Assembly: GCA_022600935.1 (NCBI GenBank)
Contig: JAHZJL010000163.1
Span: forward strand, 1-56,846
From: Gammaproteobacteria bacterium
GTDB taxonomy: Bacteria; Pseudomonadota; Gammaproteobacteria; Methylococcales; DRLZ01
Direction of reading: 5' to 3'
DNA: 56,846 nucleotides
Shown here: piece after piece, positions 46,375-56,032 of the stretch
Position numbering within the stretch: position 1 is the first letter of the stretch
How the letters are laid out: each line of letters opens with the position of its first letter
Made by a program: the position numbers and the translations under genes
Notes under the pieces: model-generated
Database searches by the model: none
What the model was told of the DNA's origin: nothing
Seen by the model: only the letters and a program-made list of their open reading frames with translations

Positions 46375-49008
46375 CTACAGGCTTTTACTCACAATTTCGA
46401 ATAAATCCCGTGAGATTGATGCATTGGCAAGCAGTGTTTCCAGTGCCAGTTTCATCAGTTTTTGACGTTCTGGGCTATGGCGTTGCCACTGGGTTAATGG
46501 CGTTACCAGGCGGGCGGCAATCTGCGGATTGATCTGGTCAAGTGTATTAACCTGCGCAGTAAGAAAGCTATAGCCGGAGCCATCCAGATTGTGAAAATGC
46601 AACGGGTTATTTACTGAGAATGCATTGATTAGTGATCGCACCCGGTTAGGCATACCAAGATCAAAGTCACTATGTCTGGTGAGCGTTTTGACAGCATCAA
46701 GCGTGTTGTCTAATGGTGATGTGGCCTGAATGCTGAACCATTTATCAATCACCAGGGCTTCGTTGTTCCATTTTTGGTAAAACTGATCCAGGCAGCGTTC
46801 CTTGTCCGGATGGTTGTTATGGACTATCGCCGATAATGCAGCTATTTCATCAGTCATGTTGCTGGCGTGCTTAAACTGGTTTAAACAATACTGAATACTA
46901 TCTCTGGTGTTTAGCGCAGCCAGATAATTCAGGCAAACGTTTTTCAATTTTCGACGGGCAGCGGCCTGGTTGCTGATCTCGTTTTGCTCTTGTCGGTCAG
47001 CGTCACGGTATATTGACAGTAAATGTTCGGAAAGATGAGTCGCCAGTTGTTGCTTGACAGACTGTCGGGCACGATGAATGCCTTCCGGATCAATTGTCTG
47101 CACCTGGTTAGCCAGATATTGCTCAGTAGGCAGCATCAGCAATACTGCCAGATACGATAAATCATCCAAGGCTTGGGTCACAATTGATTCATAAACTGAA
47201 AATAATAGCGGGTCAACAGTTTCATTGGGTTGTGCCGACAATGACAGGATGATTTGACTGGACAGGTTCTGGATCGCTGACCAGCGATTGAACGGATTAT
47301 TGTCATGTCGGGCCAGAAATGCCAGTTCCTGCGCAGTCTGTTCAAATTTCAGTTTGACTGGCGCTGAAAACCCTCTGAGAGCTGATACCACGGGTTGATG
47401 TTTGACATGGTAAAAGTCAAATCGGTTTTCTGTAGAGTCAACATTTAACAACACTTCTTCAGGGCCGGATTGCTCAGTGTCATTCTGATTCAGTGCGATT
47501 GGTTGCCCGTTCTGGTCGAATAAGGCCAGTCGCAATGGAATATGAAAAGGCGATTTGTGGGGTTGACCTGGTGTTGGCGGGCAGTGTTGGCTGGTCTGTA
47601 ACGTCAGTTTTTGCTGATGTTCATCATAACTGGTCGTGATGGTCAGTTCAGGAGTGCCGGCCTGTTCATACCAGCGTTTGAACTGAGTCAGGTCAATCTG
47701 ATTGGCATCCTCCATACATTTGACAAAATCATCCGTGGTAACGGCTTGACCATCATGACGCTTGAAATATTCATCCATTCCAGCTCGAAACCCTGATGGC
47801 CCGGTGATAGTATGGATCATGCGGACCACCTCAGCGCCTTTTTCGTAAACGGTGGAGGTGTAGAAATTGTTGATTTCTATATACGATGCAGGTCGGACTG
47901 GATGTGCGAGCGGTCCTGCATCTTCTGCAAACTGTCTGGTTTTGAGCGCATTGACATCGTTGATGCGTTTCACCGCTGCAGAGGTTTGGTCAGCTGTAAA
48001 CTGTTGATCTCTGAATACTGTCAGCCCTTCCTTGAGGCTGAGTTGAAACCAGTCGCGACAGGTGATGCGATTCCCTGTCCAGTTATGAAAATACTCGTGG
48101 CCGATAACACCTTCGATATGTTCGTAATCTGAATCAGTCGCGGTATCGGGTCGGGCCAGAACATATTGGGTATTGAAAATGTTCAAGCCCTTGTTTTCCA
48201 TGGCGCCCATATTAAAGTGGCTGACAGCGACGATCATGTACAGATCAAGGTCGTATTCCCGACCAAATTGCTGCTCATCCCAGGACATGGATGCTTTCAG
48301 GGAACGCATGGCATGATCACATTTGTCGATATCATGAGCTTCGACAAAAATCTGTAATTTAACACTGCGCCCTGATGTTGTTGTGAACGTATCCTCCAGG
48401 TATTCCAGCTGACCGGCGACAATGGCAAACAAATATGCAGGTTTGGGGAATGGGTCCTGCCAGGTGACCCAGTGGCGACCATCGTCCATTGCCCCTTGTT
48501 TGATCGGGTTGCCGTTGGATAACAGAATGGGGTAGTCAGTTGGATCAGCTATCAGGGTTGTTGTAAAACGCGCCATGATGTCCGGTTGGTCAAGAAAATA
48601 TGTGATGCGGCGAAAACCCTGAGCTTCACATTGTGTGCACAACATGGTGTTGGACTGATACAAGCCTTGCAATTGAGTATTGGAAGCAGGGCTGATGCTG
48701 GTGTCTATGATCAGGGAAAAAGACTCACTAGGCGGTGTTGTGATGCACAGGTTGCTCTCGGTGACCTGGTATTCAGCTTTGTCCAGTTCCCGGTTATTGA
48801 TTTGAATGGACTGCAATTCAAGTTCTTCACCATGCAGGTTTAATGGTGTCGTCAATGTCTGACGGGCTGGATTCGGGACGATCTGCAAAACTGAATGAAT
48901 GCGTGTTCGATGCTTGTCGAGTTCGAAACGTAATTCAACAGACTCAATTAAATAATCAGGCTCAACGTAATCCTTGAGATAAATGGTTTGTGGTGTTGAT
49001 TCTTTCAT
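46375..49008 (-). CDS. pepN: Aminopeptidase N
   Basis: 877 aa. The GAMEN exopeptidase motif (GAMENKGLNIFN) and the HEYFHNWTGNR zinc motif with a downstream E are present. Confidence 0.9.
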   Translation of the reverse strand: MKESTPQTIYLKDYVEPDYLIESVELRFELDKHRTRIHSVLQIVPNPARQTLTTPLNLHGEELELQSIQINNRELDKAEYQVTESNLCITTPPSESFSLIIDTSISPASNTQLQGLYQSNTMLCTQCEAQGFRRITYFLDQPDIMARFTTTLIADPTDYPILLSNGNPIKQGAMDDGRHWVTWQDPFPKPAYLFAIVAGQLEYLEDTFTTTSGRSVKLQIFVEAHDIDKCDHAMRSLKASMSWDEQQFGREYDLDLYMIVAVSHFNMGAMENKGLNIFNTQYVLARPDTATDSDYEHIEGVIGHEYFHNWTGNRITCRDWFQLSLKEGLTVFRDQQFTADQTSAAVKRINDVNALKTRQFAEDAGPLAHPVRPASYIEINNFYTSTVYEKGAEVVRMIHTITGPSGFRAGMDEYFKRHDGQAVTTDDFVKCMEDANQIDLTQFKRWYEQAGTPELTITTSYDEHQQKLTLQTSQHCPPTPGQPHKSPFHIPLRLALFDQNGQPIALNQNDTEQSGPEEVLLNVDSTENRFDFYHVKHQPVVSALRGFSAPVKLKFEQTAQELAFLARHDNNPFNRWSAIQNLSSQIILSLSAQPNETVDPLLFSVYESIVTQALDDLSYLAVLLMLPTEQYLANQVQTIDPEGIHRARQSVKQQLATHLSEHLLSIYRDADRQEQNEISNQAAARRKLKNVCLNYLAALNTRDSIQYCLNQFKHASNMTDEIAALSAIVHNNHPDKERCLDQFYQKWNNEALVIDKWFSIQATSPLDNTLDAVKTLTRHSDFDLGMPNRVRSLINAFSVNNPLHFHNLDGSGYSFLTAQVNTLDQINPQIAARLVTPLTQWQRHSPERQKLMKLALETLLANASISRDLFEIVSKSL

Positions 49009-49136
49009 GACGTTTATTTATAGGGGTTTAGCAGACGTAAGAGAGTCATTGATCAGGTTGTATACGATGGATCTGATGGCTTTCGATTTAACACAACATA
49101 TTTCCATAAAGACAATCAGGCAAGTGTGATGTGGAT

Positions 49137-49529
49137 TTAATCTGTGTTGTCAGAACGAAATACTGCAATTGCAAAAATGATCCATGCGGCCAGAAATGCA
49201 GTGCCCCCGAGTGGAGTGATCATGCCCAGCCAGCGAGTTTCGGTGATGGCCAGTAATAAAAGGCTGCCTGAAAACAGCAAAATTCCAATCACGATTAACG
49301 CAGCGCTCCAGTTCAGTAATTGAGGTGAATTGATATACGTGTAGCTCAAACCAATTGCAATGAGTGCCAGTGAGTGCCTGAACTGATAATCGATGCCAGT
49401 CTGATAAATGCCCATAGAATATGAGGACAGATGTGGTTTAAGTGCATGTGCGGCAAATGCACCAAGCGCAACTGCCAATGCCGAAAAGAGTATTCCGGTA
49501 ATTATGATTCTGCGCATTGCTGGATTCAA
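49137..49529 (-). CDS. DUF423 (YgdD-like) small membrane protein
   Basis: 130 aa with four TM helices. GAFAAHALK near the N-terminus is typical of DUF423. Confidence 0.7.
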   Translation of the reverse strand: MNPAMRRIIITGILFSALAVALGAFAAHALKPHLSSYSMGIYQTGIDYQFRHSLALIAIGLSYTYINSPQLLNWSAALIVIGILLFSGSLLLLAITETRWLGMITPLGGTAFLAAWIIFAIAVFRSDNTD

Positions 49530-49561
49530 GATAAACTCCTCTGTTGGTTTGAATGCTTATT

Positions 49562-49581
49562 TGATTGATTCGAATCAATCA
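49562..49581. promoter_or_regulatory. Perfect 20-bp palindrome, candidate operator
   Basis: TGATTGATTC|GAATCAATCA lies 33 nt upstream of the DUF423 gene start. Confidence 0.3.
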
Positions 49582-49807
49582 CAAATAACTTGTCTTTTTG
49601 TCCGTCTTCGGCGTTGTTCCTGCCCTTATTCAGCCCACTTTGCCCGATTAGTCACAACTGGAAGGCGAATGAAGGTCCAATGCAGTCTGCTATGAATATT
49701 TTTATCTATTGTCTGCGTTAATCAGCATGGTGTATATAATAACTGATTGAATAAATTAGAGAAAATAATTCTGCGTAGTTGAAAAAAACAGATGTTTATG
49801 GGTGTGC

Positions 49808-50329
49808 TCAGCCCTGTTCTGTGAGCCTGGGTATCAATTGAACCAGATTGCATGGTTTGGTTCTAATATCCAGTTGCGCTTCGATAATGTTATCCCAAGC
49901 TGTTCGGCACGCCGACGCAGAACCAGGTAAACAAAACATGTAAGTTCCGTTTGCGACTCCGGCAACAGCTCTGGACTGTAAAGAGGATGTACCAATTTCC
50001 TGATAGGAAATACTGCGAAACAGTTCGCCAAATCCTTCCAGTGTTTTATCAAACAGCGGGATCATGGCTTCCGGAGTTCCGTCTCTGCCGGTGACTCCTG
50101 TGCCACCAGTGCTGACGATGATCTGTATATGCGGGTCAGCAATCCAGTGTGATATCTTTTCGCGAATCTGGTAAATGTTATCGGGTACAATAGTTTTCTC
50201 AGACATGATGTGGCCTGATTTTTGAATGCGGTCTGTCAATACCTGACCGGATACATCTGTCTTACTGGTTCGACTGTCTGATATCACAAGGACTGCTATA
50301 TGAAGCTGGATAAACTCGACTGTTTTCAT
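49808..50329 (-). CDS. moaB: Molybdenum cofactor biosynthesis protein B
   Basis: 173 aa with a MoaB/MogA fold signature (STGGTGVTGRDGTPEA). Confidence 0.8.
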   Translation of the reverse strand: MKTVEFIQLHIAVLVISDSRTSKTDVSGQVLTDRIQKSGHIMSEKTIVPDNIYQIREKISHWIADPHIQIIVSTGGTGVTGRDGTPEAMIPLFDKTLEGFGELFRSISYQEIGTSSLQSRAVAGVANGTYMFCLPGSASACRTAWDNIIEAQLDIRTKPCNLVQLIPRLTEQG

Positions 50330-50686
50330 TGCGCTTTTAGTGACTTAAATTGATTTATCGTAAGGTAATTCGGGCTGTTCAATCAAGTCGCAATGATGTA
50401 ACGAACTCAATTCAGCTGCTGTTATCGATTAAGGTTGATTCCCGGTTTGTGTCTCATTGTAAAATCAAATCGATCGCTGGTGTTCCTGTAAACATCGTCT
50501 ATCCTTTGCTTGAAGGGTTGGTAAATTTACCGACTTTAAAGATTAAGAATGATAAAGAAAACGTGGTGGACATTGCGTTGAAATTTTCGGGAATTCCGTA
50601 TTCAATCAGGAATAATGCTGACCGTAAATAACAGATTGTCAGCTCAGATATCAAAGAATTATTAAAACAGTTTTGACGTTTAAATT

Positions 50687-52948
50687 ATGGCAATCGAATT
50701 AAATTCCGAACACGCTCGCTTGATACGAGGTTTTATACCAATCAATACATTGCCGGGATTCCAATTCGATGAATTATGCGCGACTCATCAGGTTTCGGTG
50801 GTTAATGATGGTGATGAATTATTCACTGAAGGATCTATTGACACAGATTACTATTTTCTAATAGAAGGCAGTGTCAAACTCGAAGCCGGTAAAACTGAAG
50901 TCGATATCGTCAAGTCGGATTCTGCCAATGCCCGGTTTGCAATTGCTCATCATATCCCTCGTAAGGTCACTTGTATAGCTCAGGGTGAAGTTCGCTATTT
51001 AAAAGTCGACTCCGAGATGTTTTCAGAAGAATCTGTCAGTCAGATGCTGCTGGAAAACGATTTGATTGGTAATGACAGTGAATTGGTGAATGAGGAAGCG
51101 ATTCCGTTTTTACTGAAAACACCATTATTCAGACGATTGTCTGTTTCTGTCTTGCCTGGTGTATCGTCGTGTCTTGAAAAAAAGACAATTGAGGCAGGGC
51201 AAACCATTATTGAGCAGGATGAGTTAAACGACACTTTTTTTATTATTCAACACGGTCGTTGCAAAGTCACTCATCGTCCTTTTGAAGACGCACGTGAAAT
51301 CCAGTTGGATGATCTTCAGCAAGGCGATACGTTTGGTGAATATGCGTTATTGATCGATTGTATTGCCGATGTAACAGTCAAAACTGCCACTGACTGTGAA
51401 ATGTACACTATTAACGAAAAGTATTTTGATCAATGTATCAAGCAACCGTTAGTGAAAGAAGTCGACTGGAATAGTTCTGAAAAATCAGGATGTGTATTCC
51501 TGGATATTCAGGCACTGGAAGAGTATAGAAAAAACCATATTAAAGGCAGTATCAATTATCCATTTTCAACCCTGCGGGTCAGAATGGGGCAGTTATCAAG
51601 TAGCAACAACTATGTCGTTGTCAGTAATGACGGCAAGGAAGGCAAGGCTGCAGTTGTGTTGCTGAGCCAACATCAGCTCAATGCAACACTGCTCATCGGT
51701 GGTTTGAAGACGGTTCCTGAAAATGCGATTGATCATATTCTGGGGCTGGACAGTGAACTGCTCGCAGGTGATTCGGAAACTGAATCTGCGCTGTTGTTGT
51801 CAGGACGTAATTCTGCATTGATTGGTACGCCTGTTTCAGCTCAAAGTGCTGGAAAGGCATCAGGGATAGAACAGCAGGGTCCAGCAGATCAGATTGACTC
51901 AGAACAAATCGAGAAGCAAGTTGAGTCTGGATTTGCTGATGCAGATAAGGACAATGATACAGTTGATAATACTTCAGTTGTGGTCGATGCCAATCAAGTT
52001 GACATTTTTCAGAGTGGATCGCCTGAAGCTAATCAGCAGATCAAAAAACTGGAAAACAAGTTACAAGAGGTTTGGAAGGTATACAAGAAAACTCGAAGCC
52101 AGTTACAGCGAAGCAAGCGAAAATATTCAGCCTGTTATCGTGAATATTCCAGAATTGAGCATGATTATCATAACCTGTTGATTCAACACGATGCCTCTTC
52201 CGGTTCCACTTCGATTATCAATCCAGCTGTCAAAGCCGATGAAATCAATCAAAGGCTGCAACAGGAATTTGCTCAACAAGTCGAAACCAACAGGAAACTG
52301 AAGGAGCAGAACAGTTCGCTCAAACAGAAACTGGACGATGCGAAAAAAGCTCTGAAACACGGGGTTGTGCTTGAACAGGACTCGATTGTTTTAACCAAAG
52401 ATGCCGGAAATCTGAGTAAGAGCGAGTCTCTGCAGTTGCGAATTCAGGAATTGCAGGACACAATTCAAAGCTTGGAGCTAAAAAAGAATTCCCAGCAGAA
52501 AAAGGCCAGGCAATATGTCGATGAAAATAATAAGCTCAGACAGTTAATCCAGGAGCTTGCAAAACAGGCAATCAACGAACAAGCTCACGATCACGGGCTG
52601 GCATCAACATTTGATTTAAGCACTGAACTGGCTAGCAGTGATAATGCTTATGATGCCGAATCAAGAATGGCCGAGATGGGGTTGGGGAAAAACGATTTTG
52701 AAGAATCGTTACTAAAAGAAATCAATACCGCCAAGGACCAGAACGCTGAAGCCAGGAAGAAGAGAATTCAGGACCAAAAGGGTTTTTGGTCTCAGGTTAA
52801 AACAATGTTTGGGATCAATAAAACCGGAAAACCCAAGACTACAGCCTGGATTGGTATCACAAGCGTGGTGTTGCTGGCTTTGATTCTTATCTTCTTGTTT
52901 TTAAATACCAAAGAAGGGCAGAGTTTACTGCAGCAAATGGGTTTTTAA
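50687..52948 (+). CDS. Multidomain protein: two cNMP-binding-like domains, a rhodanese-like domain, a long coiled coil and a C-terminal TM anchor
   Basis: The second cNMP domain has GDTFGEYALL and the first is more degenerate. The rhodanese block is FLDIQALEEYRKNHIKGSINYP, with Ser where the active-site Cys is expected (VVVSNDGKEG). About 250 aa of heptad-like Lys/Gln/Glu-rich sequence follow. The terminal helix is AWIGITSVVLLALILIFLFL. Confidence 0.7.
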   Translation: MAIELNSEHARLIRGFIPINTLPGFQFDELCATHQVSVVNDGDELFTEGSIDTDYYFLIEGSVKLEAGKTEVDIVKSDSANARFAIAHHIPRKVTCIAQGEVRYLKVDSEMFSEESVSQMLLENDLIGNDSELVNEEAIPFLLKTPLFRRLSVSVLPGVSSCLEKKTIEAGQTIIEQDELNDTFFIIQHGRCKVTHRPFEDAREIQLDDLQQGDTFGEYALLIDCIADVTVKTATDCEMYTINEKYFDQCIKQPLVKEVDWNSSEKSGCVFLDIQALEEYRKNHIKGSINYPFSTLRVRMGQLSSSNNYVVVSNDGKEGKAAVVLLSQHQLNATLLIGGLKTVPENAIDHILGLDSELLAGDSETESALLLSGRNSALIGTPVSAQSAGKASGIEQQGPADQIDSEQIEKQVESGFADADKDNDTVDNTSVVVDANQVDIFQSGSPEANQQIKKLENKLQEVWKVYKKTRSQLQRSKRKYSACYREYSRIEHDYHNLLIQHDASSGSTSIINPAVKADEINQRLQQEFAQQVETNRKLKEQNSSLKQKLDDAKKALKHGVVLEQDSIVLTKDAGNLSKSESLQLRIQELQDTIQSLELKKNSQQKKARQYVDENNKLRQLIQELAKQAINEQAHDHGLASTFDLSTELASSDNAYDAESRMAEMGLGKNDFEESLLKEINTAKDQNAEARKKRIQDQKGFWSQVKTMFGINKTGKPKTTAWIGITSVVLLALILIFLFLNTKEGQSLLQQMGF

Positions 52949-53311
52949 TCCGCTGTCAGGTAAACAATGTCCAAGAAGAAGTAAAGTGTTTGCAGCCAGT
53001 CGAATGATATGTTGCTGCGGGTCGAATATTGAGCTATTTAACAAGGGGTAGCGAAAATAGAGCCGGTTTTCTAATGCTTTGCCGCAGGCATCCTGTTTAA
53101 ACAGGTAAGCATCCAGGCAAGTCAGTGCTTTATTGAGTGTTGGAAGTTATCAATGGCCTCTGTGAAAGGCTGACACTTCAAGAGAGTTGGTTTGGGTGAA
53201 ACAACTTGTCCCGAAAGTGCAGAAAGCTGTCTGCACGCGGTAATTTTACAGACTTAAAGTGGCTGTGCTGTGGTCTCGTAGATCAGCGACAAGTATCGGC
53301 AGAATAACAGA

Positions 53312-53467
53312 CTATTTGATTTTGGCTTCCTTGTAGATAACGTGCTTGCGTATAGTCGGGTCAAATTTCTTGATTTCCATTTTGTCAGGCATGGTTTTTT
53401 TGTTTTTAGTTGTTGTATAAAAGTGACCTGTTCCGGCACTGGAAACCAATCTGATTTTATCTCGCAT
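53312..53467 (-). CDS. rpmG: 50S ribosomal protein L33
   Basis: It is not in the ORF track because it is only 51 aa. My translation is [51 protein letters not shown]. It lies 18 nt downstream of rpmB. Confidence 0.9.
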   Translation of the reverse strand: MRDKIRLVSSAGTGHFYTTTKNKKTMPDKMEIKKFDPTIRKHVIYKEAKIK

Positions 53468-53485
53468 AAGACTGTCCTGTTCTGG

Positions 53486-53722
53486 TTAAACCTTTTCGCC
53501 ACGCGCTCTAATATCAGATAGAACGCTCTCAATTCCAAGTTTATCGATAACTCTCATGCCTTTGCTTGATACCCGCAGCTTTACCCAGCGTTTTTGACTC
53601 TCTACCCAAAAGCGGTGAGTATGCAGATTGGGTAAAAATCGACGTTTAGTCTTGTTGTGAGCATGGGATACATTGTTCCCGGTAGTTGGTTTTTTTCCTG
53701 TGACCTGACAAACCTTGGACAT
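53486..53722 (-). CDS. rpmB: 50S ribosomal protein L28
   Basis: [33 protein letters not shown] is the canonical L28 N-terminus. Confidence 0.9.
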   Translation of the reverse strand: MSKVCQVTGKKPTTGNNVSHAHNKTKRRFLPNLHTHRFWVESQKRWVKLRVSSKGMRVIDKLGIESVLSDIRARGEKV

Positions 53723-53937
53723 GATGATTCTCTGTTTATATAAAGTACAAGTTCTAAATCTATCAGAATATTATCGAATAATTAAGCCATCTTGTAAATA
53801 GTGTTAAAGAATTTTCTTGCAATCGTTCAGGACTATGAAGGAAGTACTGGAGTGAATTTGGAATCCTTCAACTCAGAGAATGTATCAGACTGCCATGAGC
53901 AAGAGTGTGCTGTTGACGCATCTGTAATATTGAAAAC

Positions 53938-54025
53938 TGGCGGAGAGAGAGGGATTCGAACCCTCGATACGTTGCCGTATACACACTTTCCAGGCGTGCG
54001 CCTTCGACCACTCGGCCATCTCTCC
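53938..54025 (-). tRNA. tRNA-Ser (anticodon GGA)
   Basis: The minus strand reads GGAGAGATGGCCGAGTGGTCGAAGGCGCACGCCTGGAAAGTGTGTATACGGCAACGTATCGAGGGTTCGAATCCCTCTCTCTCCGCCA. It has a 7-bp acceptor stem, the anticodon loop CTGGAAA, a long variable arm, a T-loop TTCGAAT and an encoded CCA. Confidence 0.9.
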
Positions 54026-54619
54026 TGTTTCACAGGTGGATCAGATTGAATCCAACCAACCTGTTTGAGCGGGACAGTATACTGTAATCGTTAATTTTTC
54101 GCACGACTAACAGTATGGATTGTGTTCAATATGCGTTTGTCGTTTTCCCGGCACTGTGGATTTTGTGTAATTGGTCTTTGTCGTTTGAGAGTGTACAGAT
54201 TCTTACATCAATTATTTTTCCGGGAATTGATATTCATCAACATATGATCTGTACACAATGTTGTAATCTTGAAATCTGTTCAAGATCTCACTGAATAGCG
54301 TATTGCGGCTTTAAATATGGACTCAATATGCTCACAGACTCCAGTATGGTGTGCTTTTTCGACCGATGTTGTCTTACACTCCAGCCATTGATCAGGATCT
54401 AGAACAGGTTGTTAATCAGTAGAAGCGTGATCGGAAATTATTAATTTCTCTGTAGTCAATAATGAATGTTATGTATTCAACTACACTACTGTTAGCTGAT
54501 AGATGCTCTGATGTACATTGATTTTTTATTGTTGAGACATAGAACAACACGCATGGATGTTTGTCCAAACCTCAAACCAAGACAATATGAGTAAGGGGGG
54601 TTGAAAAAAAGGAAAGGAA

Positions 54620-54778
54620 ATGAAAGATAGCACAGTAAAAAACGGACATGGAGAGTATGCACATAAAAAGGATAGTAAGAAAAAATGTTTTCGAACTGAT
54701 GCCCGATATCTGTGTAGAGACAGAAATTGTGGGTTGTGGTCTGAGTGTCAGAAACTAATTGCTGTTTGGTTGCGCTAA
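54620..54778 (+). CDS. Orphan 52-aa basic Cys-rich protein
   Basis: ATG is preceded by AGGAAAGGAA. My translation is MKDSTVKNGHGEYAHKKDSKKKCFRTDARYLCRDRNCGLWSECQKLIAVWLR, with a C-x8-C-x4-C-x5-C pattern. It is below the ORF-track size cutoff, and I recognise no family. Confidence 0.4.
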   Translation: MKDSTVKNGHGEYAHKKDSKKKCFRTDARYLCRDRNCGLWSECQKLIAVWLR

Positions 54779-54853
54779 TGATGCATTTGGCTGTGTATTG
54801 ATAGTAAGCAGATCCATAGCTGAACCAAAACGCTGTATAAATATTGCGTGGTA

Positions 54854-55969
54854 TCAGAATTTAATATTTCCAGATTTCTGGTGACTGTTGTCCTGTAACG
54901 CTGTCTGAATTTTTACCAGCTCCATGATATTGTCCAGGTTGATCAGGCCTGCAAATTCTCCGTTCCTGGTGACGGCAAGAATTCTGGTTTCACTGGATTC
55001 CAGATGTTGCAGGACTTTCTCAAGTTCTTCATGATAATCAATGACTTCAATGTTGTCTTGCATCCAGGTTACTACGTGTGTCTGGTCGCCTTCAGTTTGC
55101 AGACCCTTCAGTAATTGTGTTTGGGTGATGAAACCCACTATCTGCCGGTTGGCAAGTACCGGAAAATCCTTTTGGCTGCCTGACAGTGTCAGCTCAACTG
55201 CTCTGGCAAGTTGATCATCAGGGTTTAACGTCTGAAAATCTTTGACCATCGCCTGGCCGACCGTGATGCCGGACAAACTAGATTTAATGGTGGCCATTTC
55301 CATTTCTGCCGAGGCGCCTATCCACACAAACAGGCTGATCAGAATCAGAAACGGATTGTACAATAACCCAAGAAAACCCAGACCCAGAGCGATAAACTGA
55401 CCGATATTTCCGGCTGTATGAGTGGCTCTGGTAGAATTCATGGTCATTGCCAGCAAGGCTCTCAGCACACGCCCACCGTCCATCGGAAAAGCAGGGATCA
55501 GATTAAATACAGCAAGAAAGATATTGAGCATCATCAAGCGCTCAAGAAACGATCCATGTGTCAGGCTAAGTTCCGTGACATCTGTGATGTTTTCGGTGAC
55601 ACCCAGGATAAGCCATACAACGCAAACGATCAGGACATTGACGGCAGGCCCTGCCAAAGCCACAGCAATTTCCTGTTTTGGATCTTCCGGCATCCCTTCA
55701 AGTGACGCGACACCGCCGATAGGCAGCAGCATGATATCACGTGTCCCGATACCATAACGGCGTGCAGTCAAGGCATGGCCCAATTCATGTAACACGACAC
55801 AGCCGAACAGCGCCAGAATAAAAGCGACGCCATTGAATACTGCTGCGATATTGCCTTCAATCAGCCAGTATCGTAAGGCGATCCAGCCGATCAGGATAAA
55901 GAACGTGGCATGCACATAAACATCGATATCAGCCAGTTTTGCGATTTTCCAGGACCATTTTGAACCCAT
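54854..55969 (-). CDS. Site-2 (M50) family zinc metalloprotease with a C-terminal CBS pair
   Basis: The HELGHAL zinc motif sits in a TM segment. A second membrane-embedded NLIPAFPMDGG motif is present. Two CBS-like repeats lie at the C-terminus. Confidence 0.8.
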   Translation of the reverse strand: MGSKWSWKIAKLADIDVYVHATFFILIGWIALRYWLIEGNIAAVFNGVAFILALFGCVVLHELGHALTARRYGIGTRDIMLLPIGGVASLEGMPEDPKQEIAVALAGPAVNVLIVCVVWLILGVTENITDVTELSLTHGSFLERLMMLNIFLAVFNLIPAFPMDGGRVLRALLAMTMNSTRATHTAGNIGQFIALGLGFLGLLYNPFLILISLFVWIGASAEMEMATIKSSLSGITVGQAMVKDFQTLNPDDQLARAVELTLSGSQKDFPVLANRQIVGFITQTQLLKGLQTEGDQTHVVTWMQDNIEVIDYHEELEKVLQHLESSETRILAVTRNGEFAGLINLDNIMELVKIQTALQDNSHQKSGNIKF

Positions 55970-56032
55970 TTTGATGCACTCCAGTTGCTTGCCAGCAACA
56001 TGTTGATGTTTATTATTGTCTCTTTAAAAAAA

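Noticed and set aside
50350-50631. A 93-aa TTG-initiated ORF between moaB and the cNMP-domain gene.
   Set aside because: It has no RBS, a low-complexity composition, and lies in a divergent promoter region.
50330-50686. A possible Moco riboswitch upstream of moaB.
   Set aside because: I could not find the conserved Moco-motif strings, such as the CCUCCGAG-type core, on the minus strand. An Infernal scan would be decisive.
53217-53236. GTGCAGAAAGCTGTCTGCAC contains AGCTGTCTG, which resembles the MITE terminal repeat.
   Set aside because: The match is only about 9-10 nt, with an extra base and no GGTTAAAA extension or partner end. It forms its own small hairpin downstream of rpmG and is more simply a weak terminator.
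53254-53538. A 94-aa ORF in the ORF track.
   Set aside because: It overlaps rpmG and the end of rpmB in another frame. The ribosomal protein genes explain the region.
53938-54025. tRNA-Ser as a possible genomic-island integration site.
   Set aside because: The 3' end of the tRNA faces the rpmB promoter. No integrase, direct repeat of the tRNA 3' end or foreign-looking genes were seen on either side.
53801-54049. The ORFs at 53801-54049 (+) and 53833-54033 (-).
   Set aside because: Both run through the tRNA-Ser gene and are artefacts of the tRNA sequence.
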